A stretch of 64,000 nucleotides of DNA from Octopus sinensis (lineage: Eukaryota). The DNA is taken from positions 1,178,001 through 1,242,000 of the forward strand of contig NC_042998.1 of the NCBI RefSeq assembly GCF_006345805.1, written 5' to 3'. The notes beneath the pieces are model-generated. The model ran no database searches. It saw nothing but the letters and a program-made list of their open reading frames with translations, and was not told the origin of the DNA. The translations under genes and the position numbers were made by a program. Of the stretch, positions 38,238-50,312 are shown in pieces (position 1 is the stretch's first letter; every line of letters starts with the position of its first letter).

Positions 38238-41200
38238 GACTCGTATCAGTCTACGCACCGCCCTTAACAGGTCGGGCGGATTTCTTTCGACGTCTAGAAG
38301 TATTCTTGGGAACGTCTCGTCCTTTACTCTTAGTGGGGGATTGGAATGCTACCTTGGACACGCATGTAGACTACGTGGGTAGAGACAGAAACAGAAGGGG
38401 ATGCAAATGCCTCAGAGACCTGCTCAGACGATTCCAACTGTCTGACAGGTACCGACTCGACCACCCAATGCACCAACGTGGACATGGAGCAACCGCAGTG
38501 GGTCGTCGAGATCGTATCTAGATAGGATACTGTGTAGGACAGTAGACAAGGATAACTTAGGATGTCCACAATTCCACACAGTCAGCTACACGGATCACAA
38601 GTTGGTGACGTGTACGCTAGACTTAGATAAGGCACATAGACAGGGTCCTGGGTACTGGAAACTGAACGCATCATTCCCGTCCAGACAAGTTTTCAGAGAC
38701 CGGATTAGCACACTAGTAAAGAGGGCTTTGACGGGAGCCATCATCAACAACAAATGGTGGTTTGCCCTCAAGAGAGCAGTAAAAGCAGAAGCGATTAGGT
38801 ACAGCAAAGCACTAGCCATAGATAGAAATAGAGTAGAGGGTGAGCTAGTTAAGAAGCTAGAAGAGGCATTAGAAGCGGCATCGCATCCGACGTTTTGGCG
38901 GCGAGGTTGGCCCTCGACCAACACTTCAACGCCAAACACGAAGGATGTGCTGTCAGAGCTAGGATGCGTGCTCTAAGGAACGAAGGTGTGGAGCCGCGAG
39001 AGAGGCCCGGGTGGCAGAGGCGCAACAGGGCAACAAAGCCACCATTCGGTCACTGGTAGATGAACAGGGGCGCGAATTGCTCGAGCCAAGTAAAATGTGT
39101 GAGGCCTTTCAGCAGCATTTTGCCCGACTGTTCGGGACGAGTGGAGGGCAAGAACGTAGGGTAGACTTCAGTGCCTACCTACATAGCCTGCCACGACTCT
39201 CGACAAGAAAGGCAGGGTGCTGCGAAGGTCCATCACGGCGGCGGAAGTGCGGAAGCGATGGCAGAATGCTCGAGGGACAAATCACCGGGTTTGGATGGTC
39301 TACCCTACGAATTTTACTATTGTATGCCAGACTTGTTTGGAGACGTCTTGGCAGCGGTATACTGCAACTGGCAGCAAAACGGGAGCATACCCGGTTTTGT
39401 GAGTCGAGGAGCTGTAACTCTGCTGAAGAAAGATCCAAACAAGGGAAACATTATAGATAACTTTAGGCCAATCACTCTGCTCAATGCAGACCTGAAAATT
39501 TTGACAAAGGTGTTAGCCAAGAGGTTGGCACTTGTCATGGAGAAATTGGTCGACAACGCACAAACGTGCGCCGTGCCGGGCCGGAGCATCCATGACAACC
39601 TCCATCTGATGCGCTACATCATAGACAGGGTAGTTAACGAACCTGGCATGGGTGGGGCCCTGATCAACTTGGATCAATCGAAAGCCTTTGATAGGGTAGA
39701 CCATCGATACTTGGAGGCAGTCCTGAGAGCGGCTGGTTTCGGGCCCGTCTTCCGCGGCTGGATAGCTGCCTTGTACAGAGGCATCCGTTCGGTAATTCGC
39801 GTAAATGGACATCTATCGAGACCCTTCGACATTGCACGTTCGGTCCGTCAGGGATGCCCCCTCTCGGCGCTTCTATACGTATTGACTCTTGAGCCACTAC
39901 TGCGGAAGCTGGCGACTCTGAGGGGCATCCCGCGAGAATTAGGATGCGGGACGAGCGTGTCTGCATACGCGGACGACGTCACCGTCATAGTGTCAAGCCA
40001 CGAGCACATCGAGCGGGTCGGCGAGACACTGAAAGACTACGAAGCGGTGACAGGAGCAAAAATCAACCGGGAAAAGTCAGTGGGCTTGCGGCTCGGCACC
40101 TGGAGAAGCAAGCCCATGCCGTCCACCAGTACCTCCGTCGTGGGACGCTGGACAGACGGCCCGGTTGAGTTGCTCGGGGTCTGGTTCGGTCCGGACCTCC
40201 AAATGGAGAAGAACTGGAACGAGATAACGAGTAGGGTGGTCACTCTCGCCCAGCAGCATGGCCGAGAGGAAACTGTCCCTAAAAGGTCGGGCGGAGGTGG
40301 TGAACGCGTACATCGCGTCCATCATTTACTACCGCCTGACCGTCGTACCTTGTCCCGACCCTACCATCACCAAACTAGAACGCATTCTCTTCCGCTTCTT
40401 GTGGAAAGGATGCGTCCCGATGGTCAGGCGATCCATTTGCGTCAACACCCGTTAAAAGGAGGGCTGGGCATGCCGTGGTTGATGATGCGCAGACACGCGC
40501 TGAGACTGCGACATCTCCGGCTCTATGTAGACGACGGTGAACAGGTGTGGTCGCCGTTTGTGAGGCACGCATTCCCGCAACTCGTCTCCATGACCGAACT
40601 ACAGTCGTGGATCAAAAAGAGGCCGAGGAAGGGCGAATGGCACCGCGAGTGTCGCGTTGCTCTCAAGCAACTCTGCCGTCCTGGGTCGACCTTGAGTGAC
40701 TTCAACACAACCAAAGCATTCTATAGGGGATTAGTGGAGGGGAGGTACGACGACGAGCTCGGGGCAAACCTGGGCGTCGACGAGGAATACCTGACCCGCC
40801 TGTTCGGGACGACTTTCGGGCCAGGGCCCATGGACAACTTCCAGAGATCCCTGGCCTGGCAGTGCTACCGAGAAGCGCTACCTGTTCGGGATAAGCTCTA
40901 CAGACACGGCTCGAGAAACACGGGGCCGACCTGCCCGAGATGCGGTCAGAGCGACGAAACCGTTCTGCACGCACTCGTTCAGTGTCCAACAATTTCCGAC
41001 CTGTGGGCTTATGTCGAACAACTGCTGTCACGTGTGGGACGAGTCGGTTTATCAGCTGAGTCTATCGTCAATATTGTCACGCCTCCTTCCTTCAAACGGG
41101 AAGGAAGAGCTATTTTCATCATCCTTGTGGCTATGGCGAAAGAATGTATCTGGTGGACGCGTCTGAAAGGATTGGAGACAAACACTTTCCTCTCTGGTCA

Positions 41201-41724
41201 ATCTCTCATCAACTTCTTCAAGTACCACTTGAAAAGGAAAGTGAGAGTAGAGAGGCAAGTTTTGTCTAGCGAATGTTTTAAAAAAAGATGGGTGAATGTA
41301 GCAAGAATGGCACGTATGAATGACGAAGCCACCTTGAGCATAGTCCTATGAACCCAGAAATCGAAACAGAGAGTTACTTATTTGCAAAAAAAAAAAAAAA
41401 AAATATAAAATGACTTCATTGACCGAGGTTACCGTGGTCTTTTCCGTAGGCTTTTCTTTCCACGGGTAACCTCACCTTGTCCCCCTTTACACTTCATATT
41501 GACATTTCTGTGATAACGATCCCTATTGATCAATTTTTTTTTCCTCTCCCCTTTTTTTTTTTTTTTTAACCCCCCCCTTTTTTTGTCCCTTTTCTCTCCT
41601 TTTACGATCCCTTTTGATCGAAACTCCCCCTTCCTTTTTTTTTTTTTTTTTTAACCTCAAAGAAAAGCTCTACCTTGTAATTTGTTCTATCTGTGTGCAG
41701 CCCTGTGTGGCTAATAAAGAAACA
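38238..41724 (+). mobile_element. 5'-truncated Tx1/L1-clade non-LTR retrotransposon (partial ORF2 plus 3' UTR) inside (TCTA)n
   Basis: APE motifs VYAP, GDWN, SYLDRI, TDHKLV, YWKLNAS; RT motifs KSPGLDGLP, FRPITLLNAD, DQSKAFDRVDH, RQGCPLS, YADD; CCHC knuckle; 3' UTR ends with AATAAA at 41713-41718; flanked by TCTA arrays on both sides. Confidence 0.93.
38240..41351 (+). pseudogene. Tx1-type ORF2 (APE endonuclease C-half, reverse transcriptase, CCHC knuckle), frameshifted
   Basis: Reads through ORFs 38306, 38602, 39011, 39217, 39171, 40258 and back to 39171; knuckle CPRCGQSDETVLHALVQC; stop at 41349-41351; frame changes fit 8 single-base deletions. Confidence 0.9.
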
Positions 41725-41745
41725 TCTATCTATCTATCTATCTCA

Positions 41746-41794
<49 letters not shown>

Positions 41795-41860
41795 ATCAAT
41801 CTATCTATCCTATCTATCTATCTATCTATCAATCTATCTATCTATCTATCTATCTATCTG

Positions 41861-41946
<86 letters not shown>

Positions 41947-41947
41947 A

Positions 41948-42000
<53 letters not shown>
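41725..42000. repeat. (TCTA)n, right flank of Tx1
   Basis: Direct; same variant units. Confidence 0.95.
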
Positions 42001-42246
42001 CGCACACAAACACATTTACACTCATACACTCACATGCACCCCACCCCCCACAAACACACAGATACGCACACGTTAACGCATACTCTCTCACATAAATATA
42101 TACATATGTTAATTTCACTTCATTGTTATAATAGTTACAGACTCGGTACTAAAAGCAGGGTCAAACATATTCTAAAGTTCATGTTGACTGACACATATCT
42201 CGCCTAAGCCACCACCACCCCACACACACGCGCAAATATGTGTTTA

Positions 42247-42463
42247 CAAGGGGGTGCTGTAAAGTTCCTGGCTTCAAGGGTATTGCAAAAGGCCTCGGAG
42301 GAGGCCCAATCTTCCGAGTTCTCTCACAAGGTTTAGAAAAACAGAAGGGCTGCTGTAACAAGTGCGTGAATCTGAGAGGGGAATAAGTTGAATAAAATCA
42401 TAATTAACTGATCCTCCTGAATTTTCTTTTACTCAAAGCCAGAAACTTTTCAGCGCCCCCTCG
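42247..42463. mobile_element. Mariner-derived MITE, same family as 13878
   Basis: TIRs of about 28 bp; TA duplication at 42245-42246 and 42464-42465. Confidence 0.85.
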
Positions 42464-42506
42464 TACGTACGTACATGCATGCATACATACATGCATGCAT
42501 ACATAC

Positions 42507-42537
<31 letters not shown>

Positions 42538-42893
42538 CATACATACATACATACATACATACATACATACATACATACATGAAGATCCATTAAAAAGAGA
42601 AAACTTATGCTGAACTATTGTGAAATCTGCAGTTATTTTATCCAGATTACAAGTTCAGGTTTATATCTGTAATTATTGGGGCCCAGGGATATGTAACACA
42701 ATGCCAAAATACCAATCTTAAGAAATTAGGTAATTTGGTTTCTCAAGATCAGAAAGGAGAAAGCTAATTTGAAGACTACAGGTCCAATCCATCACTGGAA
42801 CTGTAAAAATCTGTTAAACTTTCCAGGAGTTTATCATTCATATATATATATATATATTATAATATAATATATATATATATATATATTATAATC

Positions 42894-42924
<31 letters not shown>

Positions 42925-44629
42925 ATATAATATATATATATATATATATATAATATATATATATGAGCATGTCTAGATATGCAATATATGCATGAGATAC
43001 ATACATAAAACATAGAAATCTGCACATGTATACATGCATGCATACATACATACATACATACATACATACATACATACCCTGTTGTTGATGTTGAAATTCC
43101 AATGACTGAGCCTTGGATCTAGGTTAGAAACCGGTTCTTTCTCTATTGGCAAGAAATTTTGAAATAACCTGAATAATGGACATAGATACATACAAGAAAC
43201 CGACGCAGATTCTCCAAATACAATTTATAGTGGCACAGTGAAGAATTATAAGACATTCCAAAATTTCTCCATCTAAGATTATTATGTGAATAGATGCAGA
43301 TATTTGAGTGTATACACCTGCAGTTCGACCAACTCACCAACACAGCCACATATTTAAAAACACCGGGAACTCTCTTAATTAAGAATGTCTTTTGGCTTTA
43401 TTAGCAACCTGCTGGAATTCTCTAAAGAGCTTCAATAAATCTCAAAGTGAAATAATCCATAATGTTAACAATTAGTTCCAAGTTTCGACGCTGGTGATTT
43501 ATTCATACAGTAACTTTCACTTGCAATGGAGCACGACTGGTGAACTTTCAATTAGTGACAATAGTTATTTCGAAGTAAAATAAATTATTTATTATTAATA
43601 ATTATTATATGATAAATATTTATCTCTTGGTGTATACTTTACTGAATTAATATTTATTGTTTTTATGCATTTATCATGAAAGTTAAACCAAAACATATTT
43701 TGAAAAATGTTTGGGATACCTACAGAGGTCACTATATACCTGCAAAGGTATGTGGAAATAAAAATACATGCATCAGCATAAATTAAACTCTTCTAGCTCT
43801 GTCGTTATCATGAAAATCTGTGCCACGTACACAACACCCACTTTTGTTATGCACGTCACATCAGGTAAATGACAATTGTAACTACAGACAAATTTCAAGG
43901 TCAACATAAATAAATACTGAGGCTTTGTATGCTACTCTGGAGAAATTCAGAGGAATTAGCAGTTAATTTTTTAAGGCGAAGATTGTTATTTTTGAATGCT
44001 CTTTAAAAGAATTCAGCATAGTGTGGTTGTGTGGTAAGAAGCTTGCTTCCCGCGCATGCGTTGTTGTCTGTGTTGTTTGTACCAGTGAAAGAAGTAGCCA
44101 CGCTGGTGAAATATTAATTAAAAAAACTCAACTGTAAGGTAAGACTTTTGTTTTGGGGTTCTAGTGAAAACTTTGTGAAGACGTTTTTAAAAAAAGGCCG
44201 GAGGGAAGGAATTCTATCCTGCACTGAGGACCTTGATTGGCCTATGCAGGTGGCTGCGGTGGACATATGGGAAACCGACTTGTGCAGGGTAATGAACTCC
44301 TTCCCCGAAGATACATTTAGGTTTATGTTGAAGTGGCCCGACTTGGCACCGTCCAGGTGCTTGAATGAGGCAAGGTGCCTAGTCGGGCATGAAAGTTGGG
44401 GAAAAAGGTAAAAGGCTTAGTGCCTCATTTTGTTATTGAATATTGTGAACAGTGCAAGAGGTTTGTTGCCTCGTGAATGAATTATAAGAGATCAATGTTC
44501 TCGGGGAAACAACGATCGGCGGGCTTCGCTTGCTGCCCTCATTAATCATCATTTTCATTTTTCCTTTCATATAACATTATGTCTATGTCCAGCCCGTAGC
44601 TTCCTTTCTCTATGTAAGGCCTTTATGGC

Positions 44630-44975
44630 CAATATAATGAAGTAAAGAAGCTTGCTTCCCAGCAACATAGCTTCAGGTTCAGTCCCACTGCGTGGCACCT
44701 TGAGCAAGTGTCGACACTTGTGAGTGAATTTGGTAGACAGAAACTGAGAGAAGCCTTTCATATGTGTGTGTGTGTGTATGTCTGTCTGTCTATCTGTCTG
44801 TGTATGCGTTTGCGTGTTTGTGTATGTGTGTCTGTGCCTATGTTTGTTCTCTGTTTGTGCCTGTGCTTGAAAACCGGTGTTGGTGTGCTTACGTCCCTGT
44901 AACCTAACCGTTCGACAGAAGATCAATGGAATAAGTACCGTTTAGACCATAGTCTAAATGACTGAAAAAGGTAAA
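44630..44975 (+). mobile_element. SINE-B with internal deletions
   Basis: gcttgcttccc...gttcagtcccactgcgtggcacc. Confidence 0.75.
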
Positions 44976-45560
44976 CGTCAAAACATTAATTCCCCGTAAA
45001 CTATTATTTTTGCTTAATACACCCCTGGGTAATCAAACTTTTGGGCGAAAAATTAATCAATAATATTCTTGTAAATGTTCAAGGTCTGTAGTTTAGATAT
45101 TTCATAACTTGTGTCTCTCTGACTGTCACATCACGTGAGAATATCTCTTCTTTCTAACAACCTTCCTTGGTCTAATTACTAAACAAAAATCGTCATGTAT
45201 CCCATAAATACGACTACTTCTGTTGAGCCTTTCTTTTCTGCTGAACAGAGCGTTCGTCGTGTTGCCGTTTTCAATGAACATCTTTCTCTCGAATAACTAT
45301 TGTTCTTTTTTTTTTGTAACAGCGCATTGTTCCATATTTTATCTGGGCATGCGCCTGATAAAATGTCACATAAGTTTTTATACAGTCATTAAACACATGT
45401 ATATACATATACTCATGTACACATACACACCAGTATATACATATACTCATGTACACATACACATGTATGTGTGCGCATGTGTTTTATGCACGGTTGCATA
45501 TATATACTTGCATATATAAATATATGTGTAGGGGTATATCTATATGTGTAAGTACATATG

Positions 45561-45603
<43 letters not shown>

Positions 45604-45934
45604 CAAACGAACGAATGGGTTAGGTGTATATATGTTGTGGATCATATAGTTCATTGTAAATAACGGTTGATATCCTCATTCGAGTTTCAGGTCACCGCAA
45701 TCTTTAGGCGAGAACTGTAGTCATTCGTTTTGGTGTACATCCGTATATTCATTTGTGTGCGTCTCTTGTTGGTGTCTGTTCACTGGCTTGCTTGTTGTGC
45801 TTGCTGATCTACTGTTCTTTTTCTGTTTTGTCAATTGTTAATCGTTTGTAGCATGTTGTTTGTTTGTTTGTTTTTTTGCTTTTGTTGAAAATGAGCGGGG
45901 CTTCTTCATCTGTTTTGTTATATATTTATATATT

Positions 45935-46162
45935 TGCTTATTTATCTGCTAGGTATCCACAAGTTTTCAGCTATCTCTCAAGTGCTTAGAACCCTCCTGA
46001 TAATCCTTGCTGTCCCTAAGAGACGAACTTTCTGTAGGAACTATACCGGGCATTCTATTCCAACGTCCTTCAATTATTTGTCTATATCTTTGCTTACTGT
46101 TCCCTACGCACCAATTATTATAGGCACATTTACTGATTTCATGCTCCAAATTCTTCCTATTT
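45935..46162 (-). mobile_element. R4/Dong-type LINE extreme 3' fragment
   Basis: Minus strand IWSMKSVNVPIIIGA*GTVSK...LLGTARIIRRVLS. Confidence 0.7.
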
Positions 46163-46212
46163 AAAATTTTAAGGGATTGTATTTTATTATTGTTGTTGTT
46201 GTTGTTGTTGTT

Positions 46213-46765
46213 ATTGAGTGAGAGAGCAGTTCATGCCATCAAAGTGACACTGGGGTAAAATATACGAAGCCCAGTATACCCATCATGACTACCCGTCTGA
46301 TAAGGGTACACCAGGCACATGCATCAAAACCATATGTGCGCGACATGGTGATCTCATATCAAGATAAATAGCACATGACCTTGCAGGTGGGGCCCAGTTA
46401 GAATTTTCTTCTGGTCGAGTAGCCCATCCCACACAAAAGGTCCCTGAATAAGGGTTGTTTAAGGATGTTGAACGAAACACACATGTTTCCAGAGGTGAAT
46501 TATTCAAACCCCAAAGAATCCCTCTCAACACATGGCTATGATGCTCCCCCACTACTTCTACTCGTGATCAGAGATGCACATATCGTCAGCCACTAAGGGA
46601 CATGCTCAACTGGTTATGGTCAAACAACTGACAAGCAAATCTGTGGTATTGAGCAGAATATTTGCTGTAGCCCATCTTTTATACCAAGACAAAACAATGT
46701 ACATGATAACACTTTCAATCAATTAAGATCAGAAGCCACGAGAGCCACTGCCTGGTACTGCATCA
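46213..46765 (-). mobile_element. About 550-bp non-coding retroposon-like segment with (AAC)n tail
   Basis: Sharp boundaries between a (TTG)n tract and an R4 3' UTR; no meaningful ORF; more GC-rich than flanks; single copy in this window, so repeat status is inferred. Confidence 0.5.
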
Positions 46766-47223
46766 TGCCTAGGGTGTTATTTATTTGGTTTTGTACATAG
46801 TATTGTCCTAAAGTATGTTTAAGAAAACGTAAGAAAATTATGAGTTTGTTTTAAAATTTGAGATTCTTAGACAGTATTTTACGTAGGACATGGCCAGTTC
46901 CCATGAGCACTATCTTTTGAATTTATGCCATTTTGGGGTTTCCTGGTATCTGAGCTAGTTAGCAATCAGCCGCTTTGGCTATCATTCCTAGGGCACCTAT
47001 AACAACAGGTATTGTTTTAGTCTTGAGGTTCCACATTTTGCTGATTTCTATTTCCAGATCTTTACACATGCTCAGTTTTTGGTAGGTCTTGACAGGTACG
47101 TTTATATCGATTGGGACAGTCATATCAATGAGGAGGCATGATTTTTGTCTGAAGTCTTTCAATATAATGCCTGGCCTATTTGCATCTATCTTTCTGTCAG
47201 TTTGAATGCTGAAGTTCCAGAGG
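46766..47223 (-). mobile_element. R4/Dong-type LINE fragment, same family as 19541-20447
   Basis: High nucleotide similarity to 19780-20150; LIDMTVPIDINV...KDLEIEISKMW; 5' end abuts (AAT)n. Confidence 0.88.
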
Positions 47224-47750
47224 GCTTATTATTATTATTATTATTATTTTGCTTAGGAATAGCGATACTAACAAACTAGTGTTTAATATACATATGCTTC
47301 ATATGCGCGCGTGTGTATGTGCGTGTGTGCGTGCGTGTGTGTGTGTGAGTGTATGCATGTACGTATGTACCTAATATGTGTGTGTGTATGCATGCACGCA
47401 TGATTGTATGTGTACGAAGCCGTATAACGAAATTAAGAAATCTGCTTCGCAACCACTCGGGCCCGGTTTCGACTCCACTGCATAACATCTTGGGAAAATG
47501 CAATTATTCTCTCGCCTCGAATCAATTAGTACCCTGTAAGAGAAGTTGGTTAGAAGGAAACTGTTTGGAAGAAAGTCGGGTTTATTGTATCGAAATGCAC
47601 ATCCATGTCACACATTGTGTCCCGTTGATTTTACCTGAAATTATTACTTTAAGAGTATACGTGTCTGTGGAATGCTCAATCACTTATTCAGGATTAAGCA
47701 ATTTAGCTGATCGACAACTAGATACTCATTGTCATACGACGATAATCCGC

Positions 47751-47766
47751 TATGTATTCATGTATG

Positions 47767-47798
<32 letters not shown>

Positions 47799-48430
47799 TG
47801 TATGTATGTATGTATGTATGTATGTATGTATGTATGTATGCATGCATGCATGTATGTATGTATGTATGTATGTATGTAGTATGTATGTGTGTGTGTGTAT
47901 GTATGTATGTATGTATGCATGTATGTATGTATGTATGTATGTATGTATGTATGTATGTGTGTATGTATGTATGTGTGTATGTATGTATGTATGTGTGTAT
48001 GTATGTATGTATGTATGTATGTATGTGTGTATGTATGCATGTATGTATGTATGTATGTGTGTATGTATGTATGTGTGTATGTATGTATGTATGCATGTAT
48101 GTATGTATGCATGCATGCATGCATGTATGTATGTATGTATGTATGTATGTATGTGTGTATGTATGCATGTATGTATGTATGTATGTATGTATGTATATAT
48201 GTGTGTATGTATGCATGTATGTATGTATGTATGTATGTGTGTATGTATGTATGTGTGTATGTATGTATGTATGCATGTATGTATGCATGCATGCATGCAT
48301 GTATGTATGTATGTATGTATGTATGTATGTATGTATGTATGTGTGTATGTATGCATGTATGTATGTATGTATGTATGTATGTATGTATGTATGTATGTAT
48401 GTATGTATGTATGCATGTATGTATGTATGT
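47751..48430. repeat. About 680-bp (TATG)n with CATG/TGTG variants
   Basis: Direct. Confidence 0.95.
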
Positions 48431-48620
48431 AGTAATTCCAAAAGAAGAAGAACAAACGCGAAAAAAAAACACGACAACGCGAGGACGTGGTACATGTAAA
48501 GTATTAGCAGACGCTCAGGGAAGGAAGGAAAGATGGTTTAACGTTTCGAGCAGCGCTCTTCTTCAGAAACAGAATGGAAAAGAAGACGGAGGAAGAATGT
48601 TGCCAACGATTCACATGTGG
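48431..48620 (-). mobile_element. Penelope-LTR-like short repeat
   Basis: Shares caacgcgaggacgtgg...gtatta...acgctcagg...acgtttcgagc with 60125-60330; abuts a microsatellite. Confidence 0.6.
48536..48570 (-). ncRNA. 35-nt minimal hammerhead motif
   Basis: gttt-CTGAAGA-a-GAGC-gct-GCTC-GAAACGTT-aaac. Confidence 0.6.
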
Positions 48621-48654
48621 TTTCTGTATGTGTAAATGTATGTAACTTTTATAT

Positions 48655-49068
48655 TATACTTGCTGCAGTCATTGCTGTGGCACCACCTTGAAGGGTTTTG
48701 CCGAACAAATCAACCCCAGGACTTACATTTTTCTATGCCTGGTACTTGACCCATCGGTTTCTTATGCCCAACCACTAGGTTACGAGGATGTAAATAAACC
48801 AACACCGGTTGTCAGGCGATTATGGGTGAGGAATCAAGCTCAAAACAAGAACAAAGATACGTACACGCACATATGTATAGGTATTTGTATATGTGTATAT
48901 ATGTGTGTGCGACTATGCATTCCTTTTATCTAAATCCGTTCACAAGGCTTTGATTGGCCGGAGTCAATAGTAGAAGACACGTGTAAAGGTGCTACGCAGT
49001 GGAACTGAACCTGAAACTATGTGATTCGGAACGAGATCCTTAAACACCCACTCACGTCCGCGCCTAGC
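48655..49068 (-). mobile_element. SINE-B, diverged
   Basis: ctacgcagtggaactgaacctgaaactatgtg; tail remnants. Confidence 0.7.
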
Positions 49069-50039
49069 TATGCGTTTTTGTGTATATATATATGAGCGTG
49101 TATTTTTGTGTATGTGTATGTTTGTATACACACACACATACGCACACTTACATACACATATAGGTATGTGTGTGTGCATGTATGTGTGTGCGTGCATTTA
49201 TATATATTCAAATCTGTTAATCTGTGAATCTCTCTGTGTCTCTCTGTCTCTCTCGGTCTGTCTGTATCTCTACCCCCTCTCCCTCTCTCTCTCTCCCTCT
49301 CTCTCTCTCCCTCTCTCTCTCTCTCCATAGCGCTAAATAGTCTCAAATAGAAAGCATTTGAAATGTTTCATTGGTAGATTAAATGTTTAAAGTACAATCA
49401 GGAAAAAAAAATGTCAGATTTTTTTTTCCCCTGTTAATTCGCGAAGAGCTGCTTCTCCCGTAGACATTCTGATACTTAACCAGGTTCAACAGCAACAAAG
49501 ACTGTGATATGAAAGAGAACCCATTATTCCGCTTTCAATGGTCGCAATCACTCGCCATAGATGTTCTTCTCTTTGTCCCATCAGACGAAGCCTTTACATT
49601 TGCAAGGGAGCTAACAACCAACATTTCAAACTAAGCTTGTTTTGTTGCCGTCTTTCAATGCAAATCGTAAGAACCTGATCGTCTGCATTGTATTTGCATT
49701 CAGTAAACGATTTTTATTCGTATGTTTCTCCAGAACTGATGTTTATATCTGTGTATCTTTATATTCCTTTGTGTGACCGCATTCAATGCCTACTCAGGCT
49801 TTGACCGTTCTTTAGAAGTATTGCTTTATGTGAACAAAATCAAATATTTATTTTATATTTTTCTTCGTTCAATGTATAGTTTTCCTTTTACTACAAAAAC
49901 GTTGCGTGGGAGGGATTTCTTTTTTTTTTTCTCATATGAACTTAATGCTGATTTTTGAAGCAGTTATTCACAAGGAAGATTACTTGTAAGCACACACAAA
50001 CACACACATACACATTTGATTTAAGGTATGTGTGTGTGA

Positions 50040-50216
50040 GAGAGAGAAAGAGAGAAAGAAAGAAAGAAAGAAAGAAAGGTATGTGTGTGTGAGAGAGAGA
50101 AAGAGAGAGAAAAAATAAGAAGGAAAGAAAGAAAGAAAGGAAGGAAGAAAGAAAGGAAGGAAGGAAGGAAGGAAGGAAGGAAAGAAGGAAGAAAGAAAGA
50201 AAGAAAGAAAGGAAAA

Positions 50217-50255
<39 letters not shown>

Positions 50256-50312
50256 GAAAAAAGAAAGAAAGGAAGAAAGACAGAATGAAAGAAAGAAAGA
50301 ATGAAAGAAAGA
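50040..50312. repeat. (GAAA/GGAA)n polypurine tract
   Basis: Direct. Confidence 0.9.

Noticed and set aside
39171-41351. 726-aa ORF as an intact protein
   Set aside because: The start and 40258-40441 are out of the true frame; it is part of a frameshifted, 5'-truncated ORF2.
47718-48635. Six long ORFs of 226-256 aa (YVCM/HTYI repeats)
   Set aside because: Translations of (TATG)n, open in all frames; the same applies to most ORFs in the track.
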